From positions 319,376 to 383,375 of the forward strand of contig NMRA01000439.1 of the NCBI GenBank assembly GCA_002633005.1: DNA of 64,000 bases, read 5' to 3'. The notes beneath the pieces are model-generated. The model saw only the letters and a program-made list of their open reading frames with translations, made no database searches and had not been told where the DNA came from. The position numbers were made by a program, and so were the translations under genes. Positions 24,069 to 37,888 of the stretch are shown one piece after another. Position 1 is the stretch's first letter; each line of letters begins with the position of its first letter. This stretch comes from Phoronis australis (lineage: Eukaryota > Animalia > Phoronida).

Positions 24069-27000
24069 TTCCCGCCAAATTGTTATCTCACTAGTGACAT
24101 AACTTTATGGGTTATTTTATTACACGGTTGTATCTGCCATTTGACGCTAATATTGTGGTATAAAAGATGTTATTTTTGATTTAACAGACAGCTTCGTTTT
24201 GATTTTATCTTACTTTGAAGTTGACAGTTTTTGACCCGGCGAAAAAGTTCACATTTTGCCTCTTTTATTCTAGGAAAATCACATGCTCGTCAACGAAATC
24301 GTACACGTATTTCGAAATACAGCGGACGCCATCTTTTAAACTACACCAACCCAAGTTTGCAGCAAGACTGGGCCGTAGTCAGAGTCAAAGGTCATGGTTC
24401 GACTAAAGTGACTCGCTGGTTTCCTGCGTGCCGCTAGGTGGTAGCCAGCACGCAGGTATCACTTATATTTCCTCGGAATTTTTTTTACACCAGCGTTTAT
24501 GATTGGCTGACCGAAATCTCAGGCAGCGCTTTACGCAAACAAACTGGCATGACTGATGGAGGAAGTGTAAATGTGGTCTGTTGTACAGACAAATCGGTAC
24601 TTAAAATTCGTGTTCAAGAAATGTGAATCCCAGAAAATTGTGGTTGCGCCTTTTCGGAATGCATCCTTTCTACTGTCGCTGACTTTTGTTTACGTTGCTG
24701 TCCTGTACTCATACTTTGTGAATAACACACTAGTTAAATCAGCCAGATGACGGCGTGTTTATTGTACATGCATGTGCTTCAAGCACGCGGCTAAGGTGGC
24801 ACTGAACAGTTAGACTGCGGCCGGGACCAAGTTGCACTCCCAAATTATTAAAATGTAGGGGTAGGCCAGGCTTGGGGGCATTTTTAGTTAGGTATTATAT
24901 GGAGGCCAAGTGAATGTGGTTCGTTTGTATTTGTGAACATGCTGAGAATGAAAAAAGACCACTTTCTCGGCTGTAGCTACACTTCAAGATGGTGGCGTCC
25001 CCTGTTGCAATTGTGCATTGCTGTGTAGCAACTGAGAAATTGGCCGCGATTTCGGGTATCCCTCAAACAAGCCAGATTTGCAAATAAGTAGTTGGTTGAC
25101 AGTACTTTTGGATCACATTTTTGAATCGGTGGGAAATTTGCTTTCGGAATCTAATGTTGGGTTTAGTCGAGCATCGGCAGGGAAGTGGTGGTTTTGGGGT
25201 GAAAAGTGGCGATTTTGCATTTTTGCCATTATTTTCTTAGTCTAGCTTGGGAGTGAAAGGGTAAAAAATACAAAAGAGAATAAAGTTTCTGTGCTCATCT
25301 GTAGGGCTTGTGATGTGAAATGACTCGAAACTTTTCTTTATTTGCATGCAGTTTTTGACAGAGTGAAGAGCGTGTGAAGAGTCCATTGACGTGTGTTCTG
25401 ATAGGCAAACCACTGTGAAAACTGTTCAGTGCCTCCTAAACATTAGGCCTACTGCTTAAACAAAATAGTTGCTGCTACGTCACTTGCATGACAAGGCTAA
25501 AAATCGTTCATAGTCCGCCATTTTCTTACTTTGTTGTAAGGCTAACCAATGACTGCCGAGGTTACATCAACCAATGACAAAGCGCGTGCTACTGCCTGCT
25601 ACCTGCATGCTGGCTGCAAAGCGAGCTAAAGTGACTCACTGCAGATGTTCGCTTGGATACTGCCTGTAGTTTGACCCAAAGATAGAAACTCCCTAAAGGA
25701 CTCGAGAGGTGGCGTTGGAGATTGAGACCTGAGACTGGCACCAAATTACACCATTGCCTAACTTTTTTGCAAAATTTTCCTTGTTTTGGTACCATGTACG
25801 TACACAAAGAGCTACTCACCTTTGTATTGCTGAGAGTTCAATCTCTCTTAAGGGATCAAAAGCGGAGAAATGTTGGTAAGAAGTGGATGCTGAGCTTTGG
25901 TCATTGTGTGCGATCAGGTCAGTGGAGTCGCTGTTAGAATCCTCGTCTACTGCTGTGAAAAACACCAAACCAGTGACTCATATTGTGACAAAACCTGTGA
26001 AAATTGACTTACACATGTTTATGGAATAGAAATGGTGACAGCGAAGCGTCGTAGGAAGGATTTGGAAGAATGAGCCCTCCTGTGTCGCCATAAAAATTTC
26101 ACCCCTTAGTCGCCTTCAATTTCTCCCTCGGTCGACAGTAGTTCGGCCCTCTGCTGAAGTCATAAACTGTCAGTGACTTCGCTTCCAGTACTTTTCTGGT
26201 CGTTTTGTTGGGAGGTGGGGGGGGGGGAGGGGTGCGCAACCCTATTACATACTGCGTCTAAGTAATGTAATTCAAAAACGCAACTCTGTTCCAGACAGAT
26301 GCATACACGAGGCGATTTTTACCGCGTATTCTCCATCAGAGGGCAGAAGAATCAGTTGTCGTACAAAACGCTCTTCTTTAATATGTGCTACTCTTGGTTA
26401 CGCAGATTAACGAAGAACAGGTGAAATCTGTGCGTAATTGTTCAAGCACTCTGGGACTGCATTTGTGATTATCAAGGCTGCGTTTCTTAAACCAATCAGT
26501 TACTGCACACGCGGAGAGAAACCTTCGCTTAAGGAACAAAACCAGTAGACTCTCTTCTCCAATCGATTAATTATATACCATAATTCAACTTTACAACGTC
26601 ACCAATCTATCATGTGACCGCCATTTTGCCAGGTTACGACAGGTCTCGAGCATACTCGCGAAACATTCGTCTTTCACTCTCCTAATCTGGTCGTTTTTCT
26701 CGCAAAAATGGTCTATGGAACGCTCCCTTGTTAGTACTTCTGGGAAACGACCTAATAAATGTAATTATTAATTTACTTGTCGAGCTTGAGCAGCCAAACT
26801 TACCGCAAATTCGGCCAATTTCCGGAGTCATTGGAAATGCCGTTGCCAAGGTGTAACACCGAACGAGGTATTTCGAAAGTAAATGAGCCAGGGAAGTGAA
26901 CGTCACAAATAGCCGGAAGATGTCGTCATTGGTCTCACGACTGAAAGATAATGTTTACGACATATTCAGGGAGATGACATTGCGACAAAGAACAACTTTA

Positions 27001-30000
27001 CCCATACAGTATACGCTGTTTAAAACATGTACCAAGCTAAAACAGCACTTTACCACTTATCGCTCTGCGTGCATATTAAGCTATTTCTTTTACTTGTTTT
27101 TAAAATGTGAACGGGTGGCGGCAGACTCTACTTTGGTATGAAATGAAAAGACCAAGTGTCATTCATTTAACAAAAGTAAACCTTCTTGTCCACTATCATG
27201 TTTGAAAGTGAGCGAGACCGTTCATATTTTCAGTGGAGCATCGTGCAATCTGTCTTGGGAATTATACTGGCAGAAACGTATATGTTACCTTATTTTGACT
27301 TAAAAATTGGAATATAAGCTTATATTTGACGAGACGAGATCACCCAGGACATTGCCCTTTTGAACGATTGAAGCTTCTGGTCTCTCTCAACATAGAACTC
27401 TAGCCCTGGAATTCCAACTGCTGCACGTGACCAATGTACGATTATTAGAACTTACGACACCGAGACTATCCGCGAGAGTTTGCACTGAGAATTTCCGACT
27501 GTCTGCTCGACTCAGTTTTGATCGAGTGTTGGAGTTATTAAATCAAGCTTAATTTCAATACTTCATTTTCATTTTGACATTTTTGTTCATCAAGCGAGAC
27601 ACTTGAGCTACGATTTTAGACAACAAGCGATTTCCCGGCAAAATTAGTCAACAAACCTGACAAGTACATTGGTCATTTTCCAATCTTAGAACCAATTTCG
27701 ACAACCTATTAAACTACACGATAGCAGTTTTTCGACAAGACAATTTTGGAAGTTAAAATCACGTTACAGTAATATACGGAAAGAAGTGACATTTGGTTTA
27801 TGAGAGTTTGTTTTGCAATTATAAATGAAAAGTTTAGCTCCTAGTAGCGTGTGTATTTACGTGACTTTCGAAAAACTGCTCGTATTTGCGTGGGTGAGTG
27901 TGTGTGTTTGTGTTTACATCAATTATTACCGTTTTCAATTGTTTCTATAATAATTCATTAGCACAATGTTAAACTGCTGCTGAGATTCTTTTTTGGTTAA
28001 TTTGATTTCTGAGCAGTGAATACTTTCGCCATCCCGTCACACCATCAAATTGCACCGCTTTTGACTTACGGCGACGCTGACATATTATCATACACTACAA
28101 TAATTTCCCGCGCTACATAGCACTATTTTCCCGTTCGACTAAAAGAAAAATGGAAAGTTTCATGATTTTTTGAAGCACCCGCAATTGCCCATTCGACATA
28201 AAGAATCAAAAAAACGCCGTCAGGCGCTTTTTGGTGTAACATCTCCCGTTCGACAAAACGATGTCGGGACGTATTTTGTTTTGAGGCGAACATTTCATCC
28301 TTGCATTTTGGCATAGACCCAGACACCCCGCTTTTTTATCCCAAAATCCCGCTTTTCAATCCAGTTGTCCCGTTTTCCATTCTCGACAACTATGAAATAA
28401 GTGTTCATTTTTCTCTTTGTCATGAATACTATTATTTTCCAGAGTCCATTTTCTTTAATAACATAACAATCGTAAAATGTGTCTACGGTGACACACACTG
28501 CATGTATCATGATCACTAATTTTTACTTTCTGAAGAAATGAGTTTATTTACAAACTACTATGGAAATTTCTAATCTGCAGCTTAAGTAATTAATTATCCA
28601 CAGTACACTTCAAACCTACCAAATACATAGCCTCTTAAAACCATTATGAATTACCCCTTCAAATAAGGTTTCATCTGTGTCTTCATCTTCGTAAGCATTT
28701 CCATCATGACCATTCGCTGCTTCTTCAAGGCATTTCTCAAAGGTTTCGTGTCCTTCTTCGGGTTACTGAGATATAATAACCGATGTTGAAACATGGCGAT
28801 TTCCGAGTTTAGTGTTTTCACTACCTACAATGCGAACCACTTGAACATCATCTCATCCTTAACAAATGCGCACAAGAAACAATAATTCTATTGTTTGTTT
28901 ATCCAATTCTTTGAGTCGTTTCCGGTTGAACCTTGTTTTTGATTGCAGAGTACTGAGTGAGTCACTATTCGGTTAAGCCCTATTTCCTTAGACAGATGTC
29001 TTGTGACTTTTGCGGCGAATTGCAGGACGCCAGATGAAAGTTAGGGAGCATTTCTCATCCCTTTCTTGAATACTTCCCGGTATATTTGATAGGTGGTGTA
29101 TGAGGGTTTCACCACCAGTTTCCCTACGAAAAGCTCTTTCAATTTAATTACCTAACGAGTTCAAGGTTCACTTATGGGATTGGAACATCTGCAGCACCTC
29201 GGGTATTTTCATAGCAGCAAATTACCCCTTGGGATGTTTCATATCTGCGCATGTGCGAGTTTCAATCATCCAATGATGGCCGAGTTCACGCCACGAACTA
29301 TGGTTAAGGATTAGACAACAGTTCGAGTGGCTGATTTTGGCGTTATCACTGGCCTGGGTTAATGAAAGCCCTTGTTTGCACACTGTCTCAAGACACCTGA
29401 AAAACGGCATAACTGGCAGAATGTGCACTCTGTGGATGAAGAAATTCAATAGAATCATGTCTTTTTAGCTTGCTACGTTCAACGTAAAAAAATTAGATGC
29501 CAAAAAATGACAAAAAGTGAAATTTTGGACATTGTTTTACCCAAAATGACACATTCACGACTGCCTCGGTGCAAAAAAGAAGACCATAATATGACTGCTC
29601 TTTCACTCTAAATCACAGAAATTTAGATTAAAAATCTCATTACCAACCACATTTTTGAAAATTCGCACTTTTCTGAACGGTACCTGGACTCGCGTATCCG
29701 AGTAGACTCAATTTACTTCCCACTTAGTCCACAAAACTGCCGTCAAACCCGACGCACCACATTTTCTTTATTTTTTGGAACAGCTTCAAAAGCCCGAACA
29801 GTGGTCTTAGTATCTAACCTTTGGTTAGCCGGAAAGGAGAAAAGTACACGCGTATTGGAGAAAACAAGTGGCCTATGGCTCGATCCAGACCACGATTTCG
29901 TAAAAATAAAAAATAAAAAATAGTTGACTTACATTGTAAAACAGTGAACACTATTCAATAAACAATTAAAACACTTATTGTTTCATTAAAAGCATAATGT

Positions 30001-31308
30001 GAACATTTAGCTGGAATTTGTTGATTACAACTACCCGGAGGCCGCCATTTTGGAACCACACCAACTTTAGTTGTCAGCAGCAGGATCGTATCATAGTCAG
30101 GTAGTTTAAAGGTCAATGACTCGAAGATCCTGATTGACTAGGGTTGTTCACCTCGAACTAATACGGCAAGGTATCGAACTAAGGTTTTCATATGAAATCC
30201 GATTTAACTCTCAAAAGGGAGAATGCCGTCGAATGAGCAGGGATACATAATTAATAAACTTTTGCAAGGGTATACATCAGGGGCAAACTACATGAACTAA
30301 TAGAAAATGACACCACGTTCGACTTTTGAGGCTTACTAGGTCGAAGCTATGATAAGTAATCGTCTATTTGAACAAATCTCTTCGTTGTTAATGAAGTTAG
30401 CACATGTGCGGATACGAAACAACTCCGACGGATAATGTCAGGCTACAAAAATAGCCGCGATACTCCGGGATGGGTTTGGTTTCAGATTCTTTGGGTTGAA
30501 AGAGATTACAGTTCAACTATTATTTCAAAAGAATTTAGTAGGGATTAAATTGATATTTTCTACGAGAAATAGGATTCTCTGATATCTGTTTCCACTCTGT
30601 GATTTGCAGTCTAACGCTCTGCTCGCGGAGATAAATCCAACTTTAAATGGCTGCGTATTTCAAGGGTATTTAACTGGTCACCAGCCTCGATTTCCGAACA
30701 TGTCAGGAAACAACGAGGAGAATTGGCGAATCGTAACAAAATCCTACAAACACGAGGGAATTTGTTGTTTTATTGGTCCAGTCAAACGTAACAACTTCAT
30801 TCAAGAAGTCTGACGAACCCAACAATATTCCCAAAATTGCATTTTCGGCTTTAAAACCGATGATTTTCCTTTGCCACCAGCTGAGTTAGGCTCCTCCCCG
30901 ACAACCTTACTTAAAAGGGATGAAAACGCCGTGACGTGCCGTTTTTACTTTTTAGGGGAAACAAGAGAGAAGACTGTCAACCCTCTAACGGAGAGTGTCT
31001 ACATCGGGCGATATTCAAAAGTTGCATTTGAAGCTTAGAATTTAGGTCGCTAAACCTGCATTTCACCCTTCTCAGATGGCTAAAGCCGAAAATTGTATTA
31101 GGCCTTTTACTCTCATAAAATCATTCTCATAATATTCCTTACCTGTATTAAAACTTTTTTGCATTTGAACGGAACCGTTTCACTAGCGCCACCCAGTGAG
31201 TGTCGAATTTCTCATTTTTCATTTTCAAAGTCTGTATTATATCTCATCTTTTCCACTCGTACACAGCAGTAACAATAAAATTCCTAATCACAATTAAGGA
31301 GAGCTGTT

Positions 31309-31471
31309 CAAAGGCGGATCCAGGATTTTGAGTTAGGGGGGCCAGGGCAGAGTATTAGCCAGGATTTTGTCCGTCAGATATTCGCACCCCCAAATAGCCA
31401 AATGGGATCTGGAATAATTTCACGGGGGGGGGTGGCATGGCCCCCTTGGCCCCCCTCTAAATCCGCCATTG
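31309..31471. mobile_element. MITE with CA...TG termini and 5-bp TSD (hAT5-like); inverted related copy at 36633-36784
   Basis: Ends CAAAGGCGGAT...ATCCGCCATTG are flanked by CTGTT on both sides. The internal TATTAGCCAG..CCGTCAGA segment is shared with the 36633 copy. Confidence 0.7.
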
Positions 31472-31588
31472 CTGTTCCCAAGTCAGAAATCGCACGACGG
31501 TGCCGACATAGGCGTAAGCCTTTTTGCAATGCACATACACTAAACGACCAGTGATGTAAAATTCGTAGAAGTTACTTACCATTAAGTT

Positions 31589-34500
31589 GGCGCTAATGGA
31601 TGTAGCGGTCCCACTTTAGATCTCCATAACTTCATTAATTTTCAACCTAAATCCCGATTGTAGCTTCCACGTGCTCACAAGACGTATAAAAATCATTCTG
31701 TGGTGTTGCTATACATTTACTCAATTTTTAATTAATTGACTTTGAAGTAAGAGTTTTTGCCGACTTTATCATCAGCCGGTAACCCGTTCAGTGACGTCAC
31801 CGGGATGCCTGACTCCTACCGGCGATTGTGTTTATCTATTTACAAGGCAAGGAAACGGATCATCGTTTGCAGTGTTAGCGAAATTTTTCTCAGAGGCAAG
31901 TAAAGCTGTCTCGTTTTTTCACTTTTGATATTTATTCCTTTAAAAAATAGTATGTAAGGACCATTTCAGCTTTAAAGTAGTTTATACTGATGTTAATGTC
32001 TATAACACAGTGTATTATCGAAATTGCATTTGAGTAGTTTGGACACCAGATTTACAGATTTTTCAATAAAGTTTGAAGGTGTGTCCGTGAAGGCCTAACA
32101 TCGAAATTTCGAATTTTCAGCACGTTAACGTATTAAATTGGTGTTTAGTTAATACATTTCCCAATAACTTGCCTTTAAAAAAGTTTAATACATGAAGTGA
32201 TTTGACCACCAATTTTAAGAATTCTCTATGTTGTTTGTGGTAAGAATACTCCAGTTTGGGACTGTGGTGAGGTAGACTGCTATTGAAGTAGCGAAAAGTT
32301 CAGATTAATCAATGGAACTGTTCGTTATTGACATTATATAATCATGTAAATACATTCTGTACCGTGATAATATACACGACAAAGACGAGTTCCTTGTTTC
32401 AAAAGTTATGCTCGTTTCTTAAACCAAAAACGTATTTGCAAAAAAGTGTTCATGAATCTGCACTGGGCAGCGTATGACCTCAAAAGACATGTTCTAACCG
32501 ATCCACAAAAGTTTGTAAAAACGGGTTTGTGAAAGCGTCTTTAAACACAAACTAAAATCACCAACTGGCTGTAAAAAAATCGAACGACGCCAACGACTCA
32601 ACCTGTCGCGAAATCATTGTGCCCAAGAAAATTACGCACTACACAACTTGCATTATAAATCCAACGGCCTCTTTAACTTTTCGATAAGACATTACCGTTC
32701 TTCTGAATTACGTGGCAAAAAGACGTTCCCTTCTCTTAGAAGCTCAATTCGTCACAGGTCGGAATACACAGCCTCTCACGCTGTGCAATTTTAAGGACGG
32801 CACGTATTTAGCCGGCGATATAGTCAGTACCAATACACATTTTTTTGCGTACAGTATACAGGTTTGCTATCAAATGACGGCAAGTGTTCCTGAAACAGCG
32901 GGAGCGCCCTATTCTAACATTGTTGGGTTCCGTACTGTATTTCATCCGGATTTCGTCTTGGTATTGAGAAACATTGATTTCCATGCAACTCGGCAATGAA
33001 GTCTCCAAAGATAGTGTTCCAGTCGGCAATGAGTCACTATAAAGAGTGAATTACTACTAGAAACCATTAACGTCATTTTAAATTTTTGGGAGTTTGCAGA
33101 AGCTTAATAGAGCAGTCTTAACAGTCAAAAGAATGGAACCCAGTTGCTACTCTGTAGATATGGCCAGGGTGATGATTTTTAATGCTGCAATAAGTAAAAC
33201 GAAACTGATGAAACGAGCCTCGTAATACCTCGGTCACATAAAGCTACCGACATGTATTATCAGACGCCATCCAAGCGTTTGCGTCAAAAATCACGTTTAT
33301 ATTGATCTGGTGAAAAATGGGATGATTGTGTTAGGTTTCCGGGTAACACCACAGTACGCATAGTTCGACAATATCAATATAGGCACACACTGTTGTGAGT
33401 CGGCGGGATCGGTCGAACATTATTCGATGTATAACCAAGCCAAAACTGAATGGAACAGGGTGCACGTCAGTACCTTGTTTAGGGGTAAGCAATGGAATGT
33501 CCGGTGAACAAAGTGACCAATACCTGACTGTGTTAGGGAGAAGAGGCAAAAGACGGGGGTCGGTGTAAAAATCCGTAGTAATCCTTGCAGCATCAGTGTG
33601 AAGACCGGTAAGGTCACACTACGGAATGTTTAGGACAATTATGAGAGAGTATACAGTTTTGAATAACGAGATGAATGGGCGTGGATTTTTTATTTCGGCA
33701 TGGTTTATCGGAATTTGTGTCCAATTCTCCGAGACCGGTTCTTCATCAGGACTTGACGAAGTGGGAAAAAGCACATGCTGCGGTAAATGAAGTTTACACG
33801 AACTCAAAGCCCACCCATCGCTCTTTTTCCAGTAAGACAAACCGAAATCGCAAAATTGGGCGGTATGGAGTGACGACGGATCGTCTCGTTGAAGCAGTTA
33901 CATTGATATCAAGCTAAATATCAAATTGACTTCCTTCATTTTACCCCTCAGTTAATTGAAAAATGACATGACATTTTTAACTACCAAAGCGCCAAAACTT
34001 TCCAACCACAGATTAAGCCTCTGACGGCGAAAAAACGCCGAGGTGCGTGGTGGCGCAGGAGGAGGTGAAAAGATCTGGCGCTGTTCGAGGCACAAGGCTC
34101 AGAAGATGTCATTGCAAGACGACTCCTTTTGGTCCAAGTTTTAGTTGNCCACTCCCGCTACTGATACAGCTTGTCCTGGCGTAGTCATTCGACCAACCGA
34201 TAGCGCTTGTCGAGAAGATGCTGGGAACAGACCGGACGGTGGTAATGACTTGGTACGGCTACCTCCGAGATGCATGCTCCATCCACCTAATGAATAACCC
34301 GGCCACACGGAATGGCGGCCGTGGAGCCATCCTGCAAATCGACGAGTCGTTGATGGCCACACGAAAGAACAACATGGGTAACGATGGGTTTTTGGANGCC
34401 CTGGAGCCATCGTGAAAATCGACGAGTCATTGATGACCACAAGAAAGAACATTATGGGTAACGATGGGTGTCAGATTTCTGCGGTTTGTGCCGAACAGGA

Positions 34501-35633
34501 ACGCCAACACATTACTCTCCATCATACACCAGTTCATATTGCCCGGCTCCGTCATCCACAGCTATATGTAAGCTGCCTACAACGTTGTGCCGCCGTGCAT
34601 ACATCGCCAACCTCCCCGTTGTGCCGCTGTACACTCACCAGACCGTCAACCATACTACGAACTTCGTCGATCCACAAACGGGTGAACACACTAACCAGGT
34701 CGAGATGAGGTTCAAGAGCATGTGTGGTGTCCTCTCGGACATGTTGGACGCACATCTTGACGAGTTCATGGGAACTATACGATAGTCGACCATATACCAC
34801 TGTGGTACCCCACTCCTTGACTACCGACAACCAAACGGCCCTTTTGAGGGCCACTCACTCAACTCTTGCTACTCGAGTGACAAAAACCCAACAGCCCTTT
34901 TATGGGCCACTCAATCTTTCCCAATTGGGCTGTTTCTCTGAACAACAGTAAAACGTGCGCCTGAACATGATTTCTAATACACAAAAATAAATTTTCATTT
35001 TAATTTCTCTTTTACATTTCTATTACTACACTGTAATTGGTACAAGGGCAACACAAAAATTAATAATTAATTTTCCCACAGATGATTCTAATTCTATGAC
35101 AAGCAGATAATCCTCTTAAACTAAGTCAGAATCACAAACAAAATGCATTTGATTTCAGGCATCACACATCAAAGGTCTGACCGCACCAACACTATTTGTT
35201 AACTTTACATGCAAGAGTAAAACGTGACAAACAACACCGGCCTCCCTTGGTTCACAAATACTTTGAATCATACATTTATGAATAAGTATCGTTGCACGAA
35301 GCGACAAGATTTATCCGGATTTTCCAACCGTGCAACACTCTTGACATTGTGACGCAGCGTTTCCTCATCCTGCAAATGGATACACACAATCGTCGGTAGG
35401 TGCCAGGCATCCCGATGACGTCACTGAACGGGTAACTGATAGGTGATAAAGTCGGCAAAAAATTCTAACTTCAAATCAATTAATTAAAAATTGAGAAAAA
35501 GTATGGTACATTAACACCACAGAACAATATTTGTACGTCTTTTGAACACGTGGATGCTTAAATCATGATTCTAAGTTAAAAATTAAAGAAGTTATGACGG
35601 TTTAAAATGGGACCGCTACTTCTGACTGGTACG
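31589..35633 (+). mobile_element. Merlin (IS1016/IS1595-like) DNA transposon, ~4.0 kb, defective
   Basis: Imperfect ~270-bp TIRs (31589-~31858 and ~35358-35633), e.g. GTAGCGGTCCCA and ACCCGTTCAGTGACGTCA.CGGGATGCCTG. The left terminus GGCGC fits GGNRM. Degenerate 8-bp TSD ATTAAGTT/CTTATGTA (5/8). Contains a transposase relic. Confidence 0.8.
34060..34785 (+). pseudogene. Merlin/IS1595-family DDE transposase pseudogene
   Basis: Remnants KIWRC...SLQDDSFW, VVMTWYGYLRDACS, GAILQIDESL..RKNNMG, VPNRNANTLL.II.QFILPGSVIHSYM*AAY, HQTVNH..NFVDPQTGEHTNQVE and FKSMCG...HLDEFM, interrupted by stops and frameshifts. Confidence 0.9.
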
Positions 35634-36632
35634 CTTATGTATACACGTGGTGTACATATTGACTTTTATTCCTCAGATCAAGTATCGTGTCGTAACACAC
35701 TTTGTAGTCTCAATAAATATGCGAATGATTACTTCCGTCACAAGACGAGAGTGTATTGATATTTAATAACAAATCAATTACGCACAGTCTTCGCTGCTAA
35801 ACGCATAGCGCAGTGGTTAGAACATCATTTTTTTATGTTCACATTTTAAAAAACAAAGCGAAAAACGATTCCGTTCAAAACAATGACTACAAGATGGATA
35901 AGGGCCAGTTCCGTAACACAATGTACTCGTGATTGACAACCCAATCAATTAGCCTTCCGGAATTCATTCATGGAGAAGAGGGGAAGATAATTGCATAGCA
36001 ACCCCTCTTTACTCATTACCGTCTTAATGATCACCTTTATATCAAATATCAATATCAAATTACAGGTGACTGAAACCACTGAATTCGAACGTTTCAAAGT
36101 TCTATTGAGTGCTTTTAGCAATGTTGCCTCTTTTCAAATTGTCAAGTTTAATAAAAATCCGCTAACATAAAGACCATGGACGTTGTTTCTACACCCGCTT
36201 CTTCTGTGCCTGGTGGTTGTATTGCTATATATCTTAAAGCTGTATTTCGCCACTGATAAACTGCTAACGTCAAAATCTTAATGGGTAGGCTTTGGGACTT
36301 AGAACCATTACCACGGTCATCTGTTACCGAGTGAGCCGGCAATTCAAGTTATAGGCAACGCGCACATGCGCCATTTTCGAATCCGCATGTTTAGGCTTGG
36401 TCAACGGCAATAAACTCCACGGCATTTTCTGGAATCGCTGAACCATAGGATTTGTTGTTCTTTCACGGTAAAGTGCATTATAATGTCGACTTTATGAGAG
36501 CAAAATGCCTAATTCAACTTCCGCCTTTCAGTAAGCTAAGCATGGGTTTAACTTTCTTTTGTCACAACTAAATGACATTTATCAACCAACAATCCCTTCT
36601 CGTCTGACTGACAATAACAAGAGAAATGATGA

Positions 36633-36784
36633 CAGTGGCTGATTTAGAGAGGGGGCCAAGGGGGCAATTCCTCCCTAAAACTCTCCAAGATTCCATTTGC
36701 CAGTTCGGGCGGGGTGCGAATGTCTGACGGGCTAAATTCTGGCTAATAATTTACTCTGGCCCCCTAACCAAAAATCTGCCCCTG
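36633..36784. mobile_element. MITE, inverted relative of the 31309 copy
   Basis: CAGTGGCTGATTTAGAGAGGGGGCCAAGGGGGC...AATCTGCCCCTG is the reverse-complement homologue of 31309-31471. Confidence 0.65.
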
Positions 36785-37794
36785 GAAGCTTTGTAAAGTA
36801 AAATCTCAAAAAACGCCACTTCACCAGAGACCACATTACACAGAGTTATCAATACAAGTATACAAGGGTATGTGAACAAGTTTAAAATCACAATCCCCCA
36901 GTAAATGATCTGGCAGTTCCTCAAACCACCTCTGCTGAGTTGGAGAAGCCTTGAGCAACGTTTGCTTGGTTTAAGATCAACGCCGATGAATTTCAACGCC
37001 AACTTGGTTGATTTTCTTTAGAAAATGTTAATTTTTTACTCCTAAAGATAAAGTAGTAATATGAAATTCAAATCATTCTAGGGATAGTCCTTGAGTACCA
37101 AACGTACCCTGAATGGGGAACAACATCTTTTTGGAGGCGTTTTTTGGGCAATTTGACATACTGTTATGAAAAATATTTCGAACTTTTTTGTTAATTTTCA
37201 TTAATGAAAATAATAACAATCACATTTTTGGGACTCAAGGGCGCGGGTTTGAGAATTCGTATTGTGGGTGTGATGTTTGCTGGCCTTGGACAGGGTTTGA
37301 AGGACCAAGAAACACGGCTACGCAATCCACGCCTAACTGGGGGTACGCATACGAATATTTCGTGTATTTACTTCGTTTGCACGAGTGAGTTATAATTACA
37401 CAGCTGAAATGGATTAGGCATTCAAGTAAAGTAATGCAAATGAACCATGTATGCCAACACTGGGAGTATATAATAAGAACTCTCACAGATGAAAAGTTTA
37501 ATAGTGTTTTCAACGAAGTTTGTGTTAACGAAGGGCTGTTCCGGAAGTATACGTATACTTTCTAATCTGTCTTGCGTATTTGCACATAGTGCGATCTGAA
37601 GCTGATTTGTACTAAAGAGATAATTAAGGTTGGTAAATGTCGTTGATCAATAACGGTTGTTCAACTAGAAATAATATGACAAGGTATGAACAAGCATATA
37701 AGCAAAGGCCGCCGACTACATAAAGAAAAGCATGACGAGCACTAGGATGGGGAAGGCAAAAATATGGAAAATATGAAAAGGAAGTGCGCAATAC

Positions 37795-37888
37795 CATGGG
37801 CGGCGCACCATAGGGGGCTGGGGGGGGNCTGTAGGTGGTGCCCCACAGGGGGGGGGGGCTGAGGGGCTTCAGTGTTGCGCCGCCCGTG
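37795..37888. mobile_element. hAT5-like MITE with 5-bp TSD AATAC
   Basis: CATGGGCGGCGCA...TGCGCCGCCCGTG flanked by AATAC/AATAC. Same family as 50683-50833. Confidence 0.8.

Noticed and set aside
28650-28796. Acidic or Met-rich reading frames on the minus strand ending at a GT
   Set aside because: They are short, the acidic frame has an in-frame TAA at the candidate acceptor, and there is no recognisable domain or partner exon.
31309-36784. A larger composite element bounded by the two inverted MITE copies around the Merlin
   Set aside because: The left MITE has its own TSD, the spacing to the Merlin TIRs is asymmetric and the intervening flanks are not homologous, so independent insertions are more likely.
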